Of a stretch of DNA of 64,000 nt, positions 1-9,268 are shown in pieces. Numbering within the stretch: the first letter of the stretch is position 1; each line of letters begins with the position of its first letter. A program made the translations under genes and the position numbers. The stretch lies in the NCBI GenBank assembly GCA_963801355.1, contig CAWDEM010000008.1, forward strand, positions 2,720,001 to 2,784,000. Direction: 5' to 3'. Source of the DNA: Ignavibacteriota bacterium (GTDB taxonomy: Bacteria; Bacteroidota; Ignavibacteria; UBA10030; UBA6906). The notes under the pieces are model-generated. The model did not search any database, was not told where the DNA came from, and was given only the letters and a program-made list of their open reading frames with translations.

Positions 1-562
1 GGCCCAGGCCGACAGCATATGGCGCCCCGGTCGTGAGCTGGTGGTCGTCACACCGCCCAAGTACGCCCCGCAGAGTCCAATCCCTGCCCTGCTCGCCGTC
101 ATGTTTTCCGTGCCGGCGGATGGGTCGCCGCTGGTGTTGCCTTCCAATGGCGACATCTACGAGGCAAAAACCACCAAGCCGTTCGCTGCAGGCGATCAAT
201 ACACGTTCAGTACGACGTCCTCGAAGTTCGAGGCATCACAGGCGGCCGCTTCACTCGACCGCATCTGTGTCGTGCCGAACCCGTATGTTGCCTACAGTAC
301 ACTCGAACAACCCGGCCCGACCGCCTTGCGCCGCGGGGAGCCGACGCTGCAATTCCGCAATCTCCCACCGCACTGCACCATTCGCATCTACACGATGGTC
401 GGAGAACTGGTGGATACAATCGAGAAGAACGACGCCACAAGCTACGCCGCATGGCGCCTGCTGTCCTATGAGGGACAACGGCTGGCCTACGGGGTGTATC
501 TCTATCACGTGGATGTGCCCGGAATCGGCGAGAAAATCGGGCGGTTTGCGTTGATCAAATGA
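1..562 (+). CDS. C-terminal part of a large exported protein with 'VVPNPY...FALIK' T9SS-like C-terminal domain (5' end outside the window)
   Basis: Frame is open from base 2 (AQADSIWRPGRELVVVTPPK...). The C-terminus LDRICVVPNPY..LQFRNLPPHCTIRIYTMVGELV..W.LLSYEGQRLAYGVYLYHVDVPGIGEKIGRFALIK aligns by eye with the end of 2865..6395. Confidence 0.85.
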   Translation, partial: AQADSIWRPGRELVVVTPPKYAPQSPIPALLAVMFSVPADGSPLVLPSNGDIYEAKTTKPFAAGDQYTFSTTSSKFEASQAAASLDRICVVPNPYVAYSTLEQPGPTALRRGEPTLQFRNLPPHCTIRIYTMVGELVDTIEKNDATSYAAWRLLSYEGQRLAYGVYLYHVDVPGIGEKIGRFALIK

Positions 563-587
563 AATGGAAAATGCACACGGAGGTTTT

Positions 588-1644
588 ATGAACATCCATC
601 ATCGCAGCCGGGTCCTGATGACGGGCATCCTCGTGGCGGTCCTGACGATCGCCATGGTACTCCCCTCACATGCCCAGCTGTTCCGCAGCACAGCGAAGGT
701 GGGAACGACCGCGGCGCAGTTCCTGAAGATCGGCGTGGGTGCCCGCGCTGTCGGGATGGGAGGTGCGCAGGTGGGCGTCACGGGCGACATCTCCTCCATC
801 TACTGGAATCCCGCCGCCCTTTCGCGGATGAACATCAACAGCGAGCTGATGTTCAACCATGTCAAATGGCTTGCTGACATCAACTTACGACTTTGCCGCA
901 GGGGCATTGCCGATCGGCGAGCTGGGAACGTTTGCCCTATCGGTGACGTCGTTGCGCGTCCCCGAAGAGATCGTCCGCACGGTGGATTTTCCCGATGGTG
1001 ACGGCCGCCGCTGGGACGCAAGCTCCATCGCCTTCGGCCTCTCTTATGCGCGCAACCTCACCGACCGGTTCTCGATCGGGTTCACCGCGAAGTATATCCG
1101 TGAAGCCCTCTGGAGTGAAAGTGCAAGCGGCTTCGCCGTCGATGTGGGTACTCTCTATCTGACCGAGATCCCCGGACTCAGCATCGGTGCTTCGATCGCG
1201 AATTTCGGGACGACGATGCAACTTGACGGCCGCGACCTTCAATTCAATTACGATCCGGACGCCGACGCCGGAACAGGACCCAACAACATTCCGTCCGATC
1301 TCCGGACAGAGTCATTCGATCTGCCGCTGACGTTCCGTATCGGCCTCGCATGGGATCTTTATCCCGCCGACGAGATCCGGACCACCGTCGCCGTGGACGC
1401 GGCACATCCCAACGACAACACCGAGTATATGAACACGGGCCTGGAAGTCAGCTGGAAGGAAATCGTGTTCGGGCGCGTGGGCTACAAGTCGCTGTTCCTG
1501 CGGGATTCCGAGCAGGGACTCACCTGGGGCCTGGGCGTGCACTACGGCATACCCAACGTCGCCACCGTGAAACTTGACTACGGTTTCGCGGACTACGGGC
1601 GGCTGAAAAATGTGCAGTACTTTGAGCTGGGGATACGCTTATAG
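588..1644 (+). pseudogene. PorV/PorQ-family (UPF0164-like) outer-membrane beta-barrel, split by a +1 frameshift near 885 (true pseudogene or sequencing error)
   Basis: ATG 588 follows GGAGG. Signal peptide, then KVGTTAAQFLKIGVGARAVGMGGA..IYWNPAAL..NHVKWLADIN; homology continues in another frame as YDFAAG..AHPNDNTEY..YFELGIRL. Removing one T from AAC-TTAC-GAC restores ..DINYDFAA, matching the paralog's DVNYDFAA. Confidence 0.85.
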
Positions 1645-1681
1645 ACATGCGCAGCATGACGTGCGGGAGCACCTGAGGTAC

Positions 1682-1713
1682 AAGAGCCGCACCGGAGAAC
1701 CGGTGCGGCTCTT
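1682..1713. terminator. Bidirectional intrinsic terminator between the convergent PorV-family genes
   Basis: Perfect 14-bp inverted repeat AAGAGCCGCACCGG-agaa-CCGGTGCGGCTCTT with a T-rich tail on the + strand. Confidence 0.8.
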
Positions 1714-1731
1714 TCTTCCCTCGTCGTGCGT

Positions 1732-1763
1732 GAGATCGCTTCGTCGCTTCGCGACTCGCGAAT
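1732..1763. repeat. Degenerate REP/MITE-like palindromic unit
   Basis: GAGATCGCTTCGTCGCTTCGCGACTCGCGAAT resembles, from memory, the widespread extragenic repeat GAGATTGCTTCGTCGCTTCGCTCCTCGCAATGAC. Single copy in this window. Confidence 0.4.
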
Positions 1764-2798
1764 TTAGAAGCGCACGCCGAGCGACAGGTAGTGAACGTTG
1801 TTCAATCTGCCCCAATCCTGGTAGGCATAGTCCAGCTTCACTTTGAACTCACCGACCACGCGATACTGCACACCAATCCCGGCAGTGAAGCCCTGTTCGG
1901 TATCCCGTTCGAAGAGTGATTTCCATCCGCCGCGCAGGAAGACCATCTCCGTCCATCCGTATTCGACCCCCACATTGAGGTACTCCGTGTTGTCGTTCGG
2001 ATGCACGGCATCGATTGCAGCGGTGATGCGGTTCTCGTCTGTTTTCATGACATCGGCGGCTACGCCCACGCGGAACAGGAGCGGCAGGTCGAACTCATCG
2101 AGCTGGATGTCCGTGTTGATCAGATTTCCTTCAGGTCCGCCCGGCATGGCAATCAAGAGGTTGTCGCGCCCCTCCAGCTTCATTTTGGACCCGAAGTTGC
2201 AGATGCTCGCTGCGAGGCGGAACTCGTTCAAGATGGGGATCTTGTAGACCGTCCCGATGTCGATGGCGATGCCTGCCGACGACATGTTCCAGATGTACTC
2301 GCGCACGTACTTGGCGTTGAAACCGATTGAAAAGCGGTCGGTCAGATTGCGGGCGTAACTGATACCGATCGCCATGGCACCGGCGGTGAACATCTCACCC
2401 GTTCCTTCCGGGACATCCTCCGTGCGCACCATCATGTCATCCATGGATTCAACGCTGACGAATGCGCCGAGCGTGCCGAAGTCCGGCAAGTGCGTGGAAA
2501 AGGCCGCGAAGTCGTAGTTGACGTCGCCAAACCACCGGACGTGATTGAATGTGGCCTCGCTGGCGTAAACGTTGGCCAGCCCGCCGGGGTTCCAGTAGAT
2601 CGCAGTGATGTCATCCGCGGTTGCGGTAAATGCACCCCCCATGCCGATCGCGCGCGAGCCGACGCCGATCTTCAGGAAGGGAGCCGCGGTGGTGCCAGTT
2701 TTGGTCAGATTCTGCGACAAGCCGACCGATGCTGCCAGGCAGAACAGAAGGATTCCTGCCAACATTCTCGGTGTGCGCCTGTGGTCCTGCATATTCAT
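1764..2798 (-). CDS. PorV/PorQ-family (UPF0164-like) outer-membrane beta-barrel
   Basis: ATG 2798 follows GGAGG. Signal peptide; KTGTTAAPFLKIGVGSRAIGMGGA, IYWNPGGLA, HPNDNTEY; ends in LSLGVRF with the terminal Phe typical of BAM substrates. Confidence 0.9.
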   Translation of the reverse strand: MNMQDHRRTPRMLAGILLFCLAASVGLSQNLTKTGTTAAPFLKIGVGSRAIGMGGAFTATADDITAIYWNPGGLANVYASEATFNHVRWFGDVNYDFAAFSTHLPDFGTLGAFVSVESMDDMMVRTEDVPEGTGEMFTAGAMAIGISYARNLTDRFSIGFNAKYVREYIWNMSSAGIAIDIGTVYKIPILNEFRLAASICNFGSKMKLEGRDNLLIAMPGGPEGNLINTDIQLDEFDLPLLFRVGVAADVMKTDENRITAAIDAVHPNDNTEYLNVGVEYGWTEMVFLRGGWKSLFERDTEQGFTAGIGVQYRVVGEFKVKLDYAYQDWGRLNNVHYLSLGVRF

Positions 2799-2864
2799 AA
2801 AACCTCCGTCTGCAATCTCAATGACCGATGTGTCATGCACGCAACCCCATGCGGTGGGCGGGGG

Positions 2865-5800
2865 TCACTTGATCAACGCGAACTTGACGATCTTCTCTCC
2901 GACATCGGGTGCATCAATATGCGCCACATAGACGCCGTAGGCCACACTGAAGCCGTCACGGTTGAGCAGGTTCCAGTACTCACGTGCATAGTCCATGCCG
3001 CTGTCGTGCTCGATCGTCTGCACGAGATCACCGTTGATAGTGAAAATCCTGATCGTGCACTGCGGCGGGAGATTTTCGAAATAGATCCTCCGTTCACCGC
3101 GCGTCGCGCCGGGAAGGCGATTCGTCGGTTCGATGGTACTCAGACCCACATAGGGGTTCGGAACGACGTATATCTTGTCCAGCCGCGAGCTCGCCAGCTG
3201 GAGATCCATCGTCCCGCTTTCGGTGGTCAGCGTGAATGCGTCAACTGACAGGAACGGCCGCCGCGTCTTGATGAACAGGACGTCACCGTCGCTGGGGACA
3301 TGCGAAGTCCGCGACGGATCCTGTGGCTTCGTAATGATGACGCTCCAGGTCGTGGTGTCTGTTCCCACTCCGGCTGCTCCGGGCTTGAACAGCACGATCT
3401 CTTCGCCCGGGTCCCACTGCGTATTCCGGGTCGCGGAATTCTCCACCAGGAATGTCAGGATTCTGTTCGGCGTCCCGGTCGTCACGTCCTTCACAGAGTA
3501 GCGTACAGGAATTTTGACCAACCCGGGGTTCAAGGTCATGGCCGAATCGATATTCCCGGCGGAAAACCGGATCTCGTAGTCCGCCGGCCACAGCCGTTTG
3601 CGGTTGCCGAGAGTCGTGAGACGGGCAGTGAAATCGTAGTTCGAATTTCCCTCCACCCACTCGGACCGCGTCGAATCGAACCTCAACTCGGGATGTTCGT
3701 TGACGCGCAGCTGAATGCCGTCGAACACGGGATTTGAGTCTTCCGCTTTCAGTGCCACACTCCGGAAGATCGGGTAGTACCGGTACTCGATGGTGAGTGA
3801 TCCGTTGTCGGGTATCGCACTCCCGGCGGTACGGCGTATGGATCCCCGATCCAGATTCACCACATAGTCTGTCCCGCGCGTGTATACCGTCCCGCCAGCC
3901 CCCGTGACTTTCAGGAAGCCGTCATCGGAGAGATTGTTGTGCTGCAGTGCGGTGAAGTTCGTATCGTACGGAACAATCGTCTCCTTCACCGGACGTGTAT
4001 TCAGGACGGAATAGTTCTTTGCGTTCTGTCTCTTGCCGTTCACGAGAAGTGTGTCGGCGAAGGTGATGGTGTACTCTCCCCCTTGGATCACCGTCCGATC
4101 ATTCAGAATCCGAAACGTCACTTCGCCGGTCCCGATGCCGTAGTTGTGCGTCACGTTCTGGCTGCCGATCACCGGCGGAACATAGCCGCTTGCCCGTGGG
4201 CCTGGAATGGTCTGGCAGGTGTTCACGTCGAAGCTCAATTGCGATGTAATGGGATCCACGGTGATTTTCTTCGTGGACTCCGTCGGCGGAATGCCGACCG
4301 AATCGCCATGGTCATACGAGACTACAGCATAGTAGTAGGTCTGGCCGTTGACCACCTTGTTGGAATCCACAAACACATGCACGAGTCCTGTGTTGTTTCC
4401 GAGATAGTAATGTACACCCCGATCCTGATAAGCCACCTGAGAATATCCCTTCCAGGGGTCTTCGACCTGGGTTTCCCTGATTTTGTTCTGGTTGAGATCG
4501 ACGTACGGTTCGCCGACGTCATATTTGCCGTTCCCATTGAGATCGGTGTATGGCTCATCGCGCAAGGCAACGTCAAACTTTGCTTCTTTTCCGTTGACAT
4601 CCTTCAACGGCTCAGTCAGGAAGGCGGAGCCTTTGCCGTCGGTCACCGTCTGTATGTCGTTGAATGCAGGATCGGTGCTGCGGTAAATGACGTATCCCTC
4701 GAAGTCTTTTCCTGTCAACGGATCAACGCTTTCCTCTGCGATGGTATCCCAGTACAGCGTCACTTTCTTATCGCCGGCGACGGCGCTCACGTGCGGCGTC
4801 AGGGGCGGCCGGAAGAACTGGTAATTTTTGTTGTAGATCGTCTGGACGGTTTTGGCGGTCGTCAACAGGCCATCCCGATCCTCCGCAAGGAGCATTGCCA
4901 TGGAGATGCGCTTCGTTTCCGCCGGGGCGAGTGTGATATACCCCGATCCAAAAATGAACACGATATCCGATTCTTGCTGTATTGCACCGAAGTTGCGGGG
5001 AATCGAACGGTTCCACATCGACTCATCGTTCGAAATCTTGTCAGAATTCCAGGGCCAGCTGTTGAAACTGGTCAGGCCGATCTGATCCGATTCATCAAGG
5101 TCTGTCAGCTCGAAGTTCGGCTCACCGGGATGCAACGGATCGAGCGAGCCGTCGGCCATGCGGATACCGGCATCGGGGACACCATTCCCCTCACCCTGAT
5201 CTCCGGTGTTGGGGACGCCGTCGACACCGATATCATCCGAGACCGCCAGCCAGTCTTTGTCGTTATCGATGCCGTCATCCTGTCGTTCGTCAACCATGCC
5301 GTCGCCGTCGTTGTCGATGGCATCATTGGGCTTGCCCGGGCTCTCGAGGAATTTGCAGCCGAGATATCCCAGGGCCAGCCCGCGGGCACCTATCATATCC
5401 GGATCCCAGAAATAGACCATGCTGCGGGAGTAGACGGGAACACTCTCAGCGGTTCCGGTCGAATCATACGGCGCGATGAAATAGCCGTTGTCATCATTAT
5501 TCTGAGGATTTCCGCCTCCGAGATCCGGATCGCCATAGATGCCAAAGAAGGTGCTGTCGAGATGGGTCGTGCTGGTATTCGTGATCGTATACACAAAGAA
5601 GATGGTGTTCTCGGCCAGCGCATTGCTCCACTGGAAGGCGCGTCCGTCGACCTGCACTCCGATCCCCTTCCGTGCAGAATCCCCGGGGAAGGGATAGTAC
5701 GGGAATTCCATATTGAACCGGTCATCCATGGACCAGAACACCTCAAGGTCCGAACTCAGCACGTCCTGGGAGAGGTATCCCGGCCACACGTACTTGCCAA

Positions 5801-6395
5801 GGGTGGGGTTGTACCATGCCCGCGGCCAGCTGTCAGGTTTGCCGTCGCCGTTCTTGTCCGGCGCAGGGTTGGAGGCCATGCTCGCCTGGTCAGGATCCGC
5901 GTAGCCGGGAAGCGGCTGCCATTGCCAGAGCGTGTCCCCCGTGGGGTTCACCTCACGCAGTCCGGGATAGTCCCACAGAGCGTCGGAGATAATATGGAAT
6001 CTCTTACCTGGGTTGCGGGTATCTGGAACGGAGGCGCCGACAATCGGACAGAACTGGAACACGTAGTCGAGATTGTGCCAGACGAAGTTGTTCACTCCGC
6101 GGAGGACATCGTATCCGGGAGCAATGCCGCCATAATTGAACAGGGTGACCGCAATCTTGTTGCCGTTCATGAAGTACGACTTGCGGTCTTTCTGGGCATT
6201 CACACCGCTCGTCTTCTCCGGTCCGCCGGGAACTCCCTTGATACGCTGTTCCGCGGTGGGTGATGTGCTTGTTCGGTCAGTCTGCTCACTCGCTCCCTGT
6301 CCGAACAGGGGGAACGTGCAGGCGACCAAAGCGGCGAGTAGTTTCAGCCATCGTGTACCGTCGAATGGTATCATGCGTTTCTCATTGTTCATCAT
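2865..6395 (-). CDS. Large exported protein (1176 aa) with Asp-rich Ca-binding-like loops, an FN3-like module and a 'VVPNPY...KFALIK' C-terminal domain
   Basis: Signal peptide (LLAALVACTFPLFG); DxNxDG/DxDxDG loops (DKNGDGKPD, DNDGDGMVDE, DLNGNGKYD); FN3-like segment VSAVAGDKKVTLYWD..FEGYVIYRS..NGQTYYYAVVSYD; lies between a TBDR and a PorV-family gene. Confidence 0.85.
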   Translation of the reverse strand: MMNNEKRMIPFDGTRWLKLLAALVACTFPLFGQGASEQTDRTSTSPTAEQRIKGVPGGPEKTSGVNAQKDRKSYFMNGNKIAVTLFNYGGIAPGYDVLRGVNNFVWHNLDYVFQFCPIVGASVPDTRNPGKRFHIISDALWDYPGLREVNPTGDTLWQWQPLPGYADPDQASMASNPAPDKNGDGKPDSWPRAWYNPTLGKYVWPGYLSQDVLSSDLEVFWSMDDRFNMEFPYYPFPGDSARKGIGVQVDGRAFQWSNALAENTIFFVYTITNTSTTHLDSTFFGIYGDPDLGGGNPQNNDDNGYFIAPYDSTGTAESVPVYSRSMVYFWDPDMIGARGLALGYLGCKFLESPGKPNDAIDNDGDGMVDERQDDGIDNDKDWLAVSDDIGVDGVPNTGDQGEGNGVPDAGIRMADGSLDPLHPGEPNFELTDLDESDQIGLTSFNSWPWNSDKISNDESMWNRSIPRNFGAIQQESDIVFIFGSGYITLAPAETKRISMAMLLAEDRDGLLTTAKTVQTIYNKNYQFFRPPLTPHVSAVAGDKKVTLYWDTIAEESVDPLTGKDFEGYVIYRSTDPAFNDIQTVTDGKGSAFLTEPLKDVNGKEAKFDVALRDEPYTDLNGNGKYDVGEPYVDLNQNKIRETQVEDPWKGYSQVAYQDRGVHYYLGNNTGLVHVFVDSNKVVNGQTYYYAVVSYDHGDSVGIPPTESTKKITVDPITSQLSFDVNTCQTIPGPRASGYVPPVIGSQNVTHNYGIGTGEVTFRILNDRTVIQGGEYTITFADTLLVNGKRQNAKNYSVLNTRPVKETIVPYDTNFTALQHNNLSDDGFLKVTGAGGTVYTRGTDYVVNLDRGSIRRTAGSAIPDNGSLTIEYRYYPIFRSVALKAEDSNPVFDGIQLRVNEHPELRFDSTRSEWVEGNSNYDFTARLTTLGNRKRLWPADYEIRFSAGNIDSAMTLNPGLVKIPVRYSVKDVTTGTPNRILTFLVENSATRNTQWDPGEEIVLFKPGAAGVGTDTTTWSVIITKPQDPSRTSHVPSDGDVLFIKTRRPFLSVDAFTLTTESGTMDLQLASSRLDKIYVVPNPYVGLSTIEPTNRLPGATRGERRIYFENLPPQCTIRIFTINGDLVQTIEHDSGMDYAREYWNLLNRDGFSVAYGVYVAHIDAPDVGEKIVKFALIK

Positions 6396-6411
6396 AAAGA
6401 TCTCTCACGTT

Positions 6412-6591
6412 CTGTGCGGGTCCCTATGTGGCGACCAGTGCGTTAGAATTCCACCGATGCACCCACACGCACTTCACGAGGTGCGGAATAGTAGCTGGGG
6501 TTGACGAACCACTCGCTGGCAGGATGGACCCCGGGGATTTCTGCCGCGAGCTTGTCCGTCGCCTGTGCGGTCCCCTGTGTGGCGACCAGTG
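6412..6591. repeat. 29-bp imperfect direct repeat (6412-6440 intergenic; 6563-6591 inside the TBDR 3' end)
   Basis: CTGTGCGGGTCCCTATGTGGCGACCAGTG vs CTGTGCGGTCCCCTGTGTGGCGACCAGTG, 26/29 identical. Confidence 0.8.
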
Positions 6592-9205
6592 TATACGTCG
6601 CGCGGCCGGTGTCATCGTACACGTACCGTTCATTCAACGTGTCAAACAGGTTGTAGACTTTCACAAAAGCGGTGAGGCGGACCCCCGACACCGCGAAGGT
6701 CTTGTCGGCAAGCAGGTCGACGCGCGTTTGCGACGGCTTGCGGCCGCTATTGGTTTTCAGATATACCGTTCTCGTGGTAATCTGGGGTGTATACGGGAGT
6801 CCGGTACCAATCCGTCCGACAAGTGTCACGTTCCAGTCGTTTGCTTCACCCACGGTTACGGTGGCATTGAGCGTGTGGACCTGATCCCAGTCCAGATTCA
6901 CGGGCACTTTTTCGCTCTGCCGCCCCGAAGAGAGATCTAGGAAGAACGCATTGGCGTCGGTCTCGTTTCCCTCCGCAACCTGGAAGGTGTAGTCCAGCGT
7001 AGCACCGACGATGTCGCTGGTCGTGCGGCGTTTGGTGAACGAGAGGGTGATGCCTTTGACATTGCTGTAGTCTTTGTTGACGTATTTGTAGTACGTCTCC
7101 TCCCCGCTGATACGGATCTGTTGCAGTGCCAGCAGGTCGCGTACATCTTTGTAGAACCCGGTGACGTTGAAGGAGAGGTTCTCCATCAGCTGCTGCTGCA
7201 ACCCGAGTTCGTAGGTGACCGTTTTCTGCGGGTTGAGGTCGGCATTGCCAAAGGTCGGCGTTCCCGAGGAAAAGCTGTACTTGAAGTTGGGATTCGAGTA
7301 GAGATACGAAAACGGAGGCATCTGGAAGAAATGCCCGTACGAGAAATGGATGATTCCCTTGTCTGTGATCGGGAAGGAAACCCCGACGCGGGGGCTCCAC
7401 TGGTGCTTGCCTTTCGCACGCGCGAGCAGCGCCGCTGGATCCACCGTAGTCGGCAGTGTCGGGCTTATCGGCGAGGGATAGAAAATGTTGGTCGAATAGT
7501 CCGCGTCAGAGGAAAAATAGTCGTAGCGTAATCCGACATTCAGAATGATGCTTTCAAACTCCATCTTGTCCTGGAGGTACGCCGAAAATTCCTTCGGTTT
7601 GCGCTTGTATGCATCGTGATAGGGCGTGCTGGTCGCGGGGATGGTCGGTTCGAAGTACCGGACCGTGTCGCGCAGCACCGAGAAACTCTCGAAATTCAGC
7701 GTGTGCATCTTGTACTCGGCGCCGAACTTCACCTCATGATTGCTGTTGACCTGGCTCGTGAGGTCAAACTTGCCGCCGGTGGTTACTGACCGCTGGTAGT
7801 AGTGCCCGTTCTGTGTCCCGCCCGACAGGAATGTATAGGTCGCCGCCGCCGTGTTCTTATAGTCCGGCTGATAACGGGGATCGGCATGCAGCGTGCCGAT
7901 ATCCAGACCGACGCCGGCCGAGTAGATCACGGGCGATCCGCCGGCATCCAGCAGAGGATACAGATATTGCTTGTAGTCGCTGAGGCTGTACATCCCGCGC
8001 AGCGTGTAGTAGGTTTTGCTGTCGACGGAGTGACGCAACTCGAGTGAGTTCACCAAACCCCATTCTTCGTAGTTGAGGCGGGCATCCGGATTGTATTTGT
8101 AGCTGTGGGAGTACCCCTTGGATGAGGAATTGGAATAGAGCGCATCATACCGGAGTTTCATCGCGGTCGTCGGCTCGAACGACAGCTTGCCGGTCCCGCT
8201 GAATTCCCTGTAGGGATTCATCGGCACAAGTTCATTGTCGCCGGTACTGATCACCGTCATGTCCGCCGGATTCATTGGATTCTTGTAGACATAGTCGGTG
8301 ACATTATGCTCGCGTATGCCGTACAACCACCCCCGCTCCCGGTCCATGCGGCCCGAGAGGAAGAACGTGAGGAGGTCCCCGGGAATGGGCCCATGCAGGG
8401 TCATCTCGGTGACCGTGTGACTGAAGGGTTTGATTTCGTCGATGTTTGTGAAGATCTCCGTGTGATTGCTTACAAAATCTCCGGTATTGAATGACAGGCT
8501 ACCGCCGTACTTGGAGCCCCCCTCCTTTGTGACGGTATTCACGATGCCGCTCAGCGCGTTGCCGTATTCGGCATTGAATGTCCCGCTCACCACCGAGAGT
8601 TCCTGGATGGCATTAGTGGCGATCTGCACAGTCTTGGTGTTGTCGAAGGGGTTGGAGATCGAGACGCCGTTAACCGTGTAGGCGATTTCCGTGGAGCGTC
8701 CGCCGCGGATGTGGATTTCTCCCCCGGCGCCCTGCGTAATGCCGGCTTGCAGCGTAAGGATTTGCGTCACACTTTCCACCGGCAGCGCCTCAATCGCCGC
8801 TGCATCGATGTTGGTATGCGATGAAGTCAGATCTCTCCGGATCATCGGCGCTTCCGCCTGCACCTCGACTGTTTCCAGCGCAATAATGTCAGTTGATAAC
8901 TTTGCATCCAGACGGGTGGTGAAATCCACCGACACCTTCACGTTGGAGAAACGCTTCTTCTGGAACCCGACACCGCCGGCCACAACGGTGTAGGTCCCCG
9001 GCGGGATGTTAATAATAGCGTAGTTCCCTTCGACATCGGTGCTGGCACCCATTGAGGTGCCTTCGATAACGATGCTGATGCCGACCAGGGGCTCGCCCGA
9101 TTCGGCATCCTGCATCCGGCCCGCAATCTTTCCGGTCGTGCCGGAGAGCAGCAGAGTGGGCACCAGGAGCAGCAGGAAGGCCACGAGCATGGATCGTGAA
9201 ATCAT
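6443..9205 (-). CDS. TonB-dependent receptor with N-terminal carboxypeptidase-regulatory-like domain
   Basis: ATG 9205 follows AGGAGG. GTTGKIAGRMQDAESGEPLVG (CarboxypepD_reg-like); plug HIRGGRSTEIAYTVNG..SGTFNAEYGNALSGIVNTVTKEG; C-terminal PREVRVGASVEF. Confidence 0.93.
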   Translation of the reverse strand: MISRSMLVAFLLLLVPTLLLSGTTGKIAGRMQDAESGEPLVGISIVIEGTSMGASTDVEGNYAIINIPPGTYTVVAGGVGFQKKRFSNVKVSVDFTTRLDAKLSTDIIALETVEVQAEAPMIRRDLTSSHTNIDAAAIEALPVESVTQILTLQAGITQGAGGEIHIRGGRSTEIAYTVNGVSISNPFDNTKTVQIATNAIQELSVVSGTFNAEYGNALSGIVNTVTKEGGSKYGGSLSFNTGDFVSNHTEIFTNIDEIKPFSHTVTEMTLHGPIPGDLLTFFLSGRMDRERGWLYGIREHNVTDYVYKNPMNPADMTVISTGDNELVPMNPYREFSGTGKLSFEPTTAMKLRYDALYSNSSSKGYSHSYKYNPDARLNYEEWGLVNSLELRHSVDSKTYYTLRGMYSLSDYKQYLYPLLDAGGSPVIYSAGVGLDIGTLHADPRYQPDYKNTAAATYTFLSGGTQNGHYYQRSVTTGGKFDLTSQVNSNHEVKFGAEYKMHTLNFESFSVLRDTVRYFEPTIPATSTPYHDAYKRKPKEFSAYLQDKMEFESIILNVGLRYDYFSSDADYSTNIFYPSPISPTLPTTVDPAALLARAKGKHQWSPRVGVSFPITDKGIIHFSYGHFFQMPPFSYLYSNPNFKYSFSSGTPTFGNADLNPQKTVTYELGLQQQLMENLSFNVTGFYKDVRDLLALQQIRISGEETYYKYVNKDYSNVKGITLSFTKRRTTSDIVGATLDYTFQVAEGNETDANAFFLDLSSGRQSEKVPVNLDWDQVHTLNATVTVGEANDWNVTLVGRIGTGLPYTPQITTRTVYLKTNSGRKPSQTRVDLLADKTFAVSGVRLTAFVKVYNLFDTLNERYVYDDTGRATYTLVATQGTAQATDKLAAEIPGVHPASEWFVNPSYYSAPREVRVGASVEF

Positions 9206-9233
9206 GAAATCCTCCTGAGGACGGAGCGTACGC

Positions 9234-9268
9234 AAAAAAAGGCCGTGAGTATTGCGGTATTCACGGCC
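9234..9268 (-). terminator. Intrinsic terminator-like hairpin between the FG-GAP gene and the TBDR
   Basis: Minus strand GGCCGTGA-ataccgcaatac-TCACGGCC followed by TTTTTTT. Confidence 0.7.

Noticed and set aside
875-895. Programmed ribosomal frameshift in the PorV gene
   Set aside because: No slippery heptamer or clear stimulatory structure; the paralog is continuous.
3939-6263. 774-aa ORF on the + strand (also 18953..20485, 37377..38954, 51554..53065, 61211..62827)
   Set aside because: Antisense shadows of well-supported genes; expected from codon bias in GC-rich DNA; no recognisable motifs.
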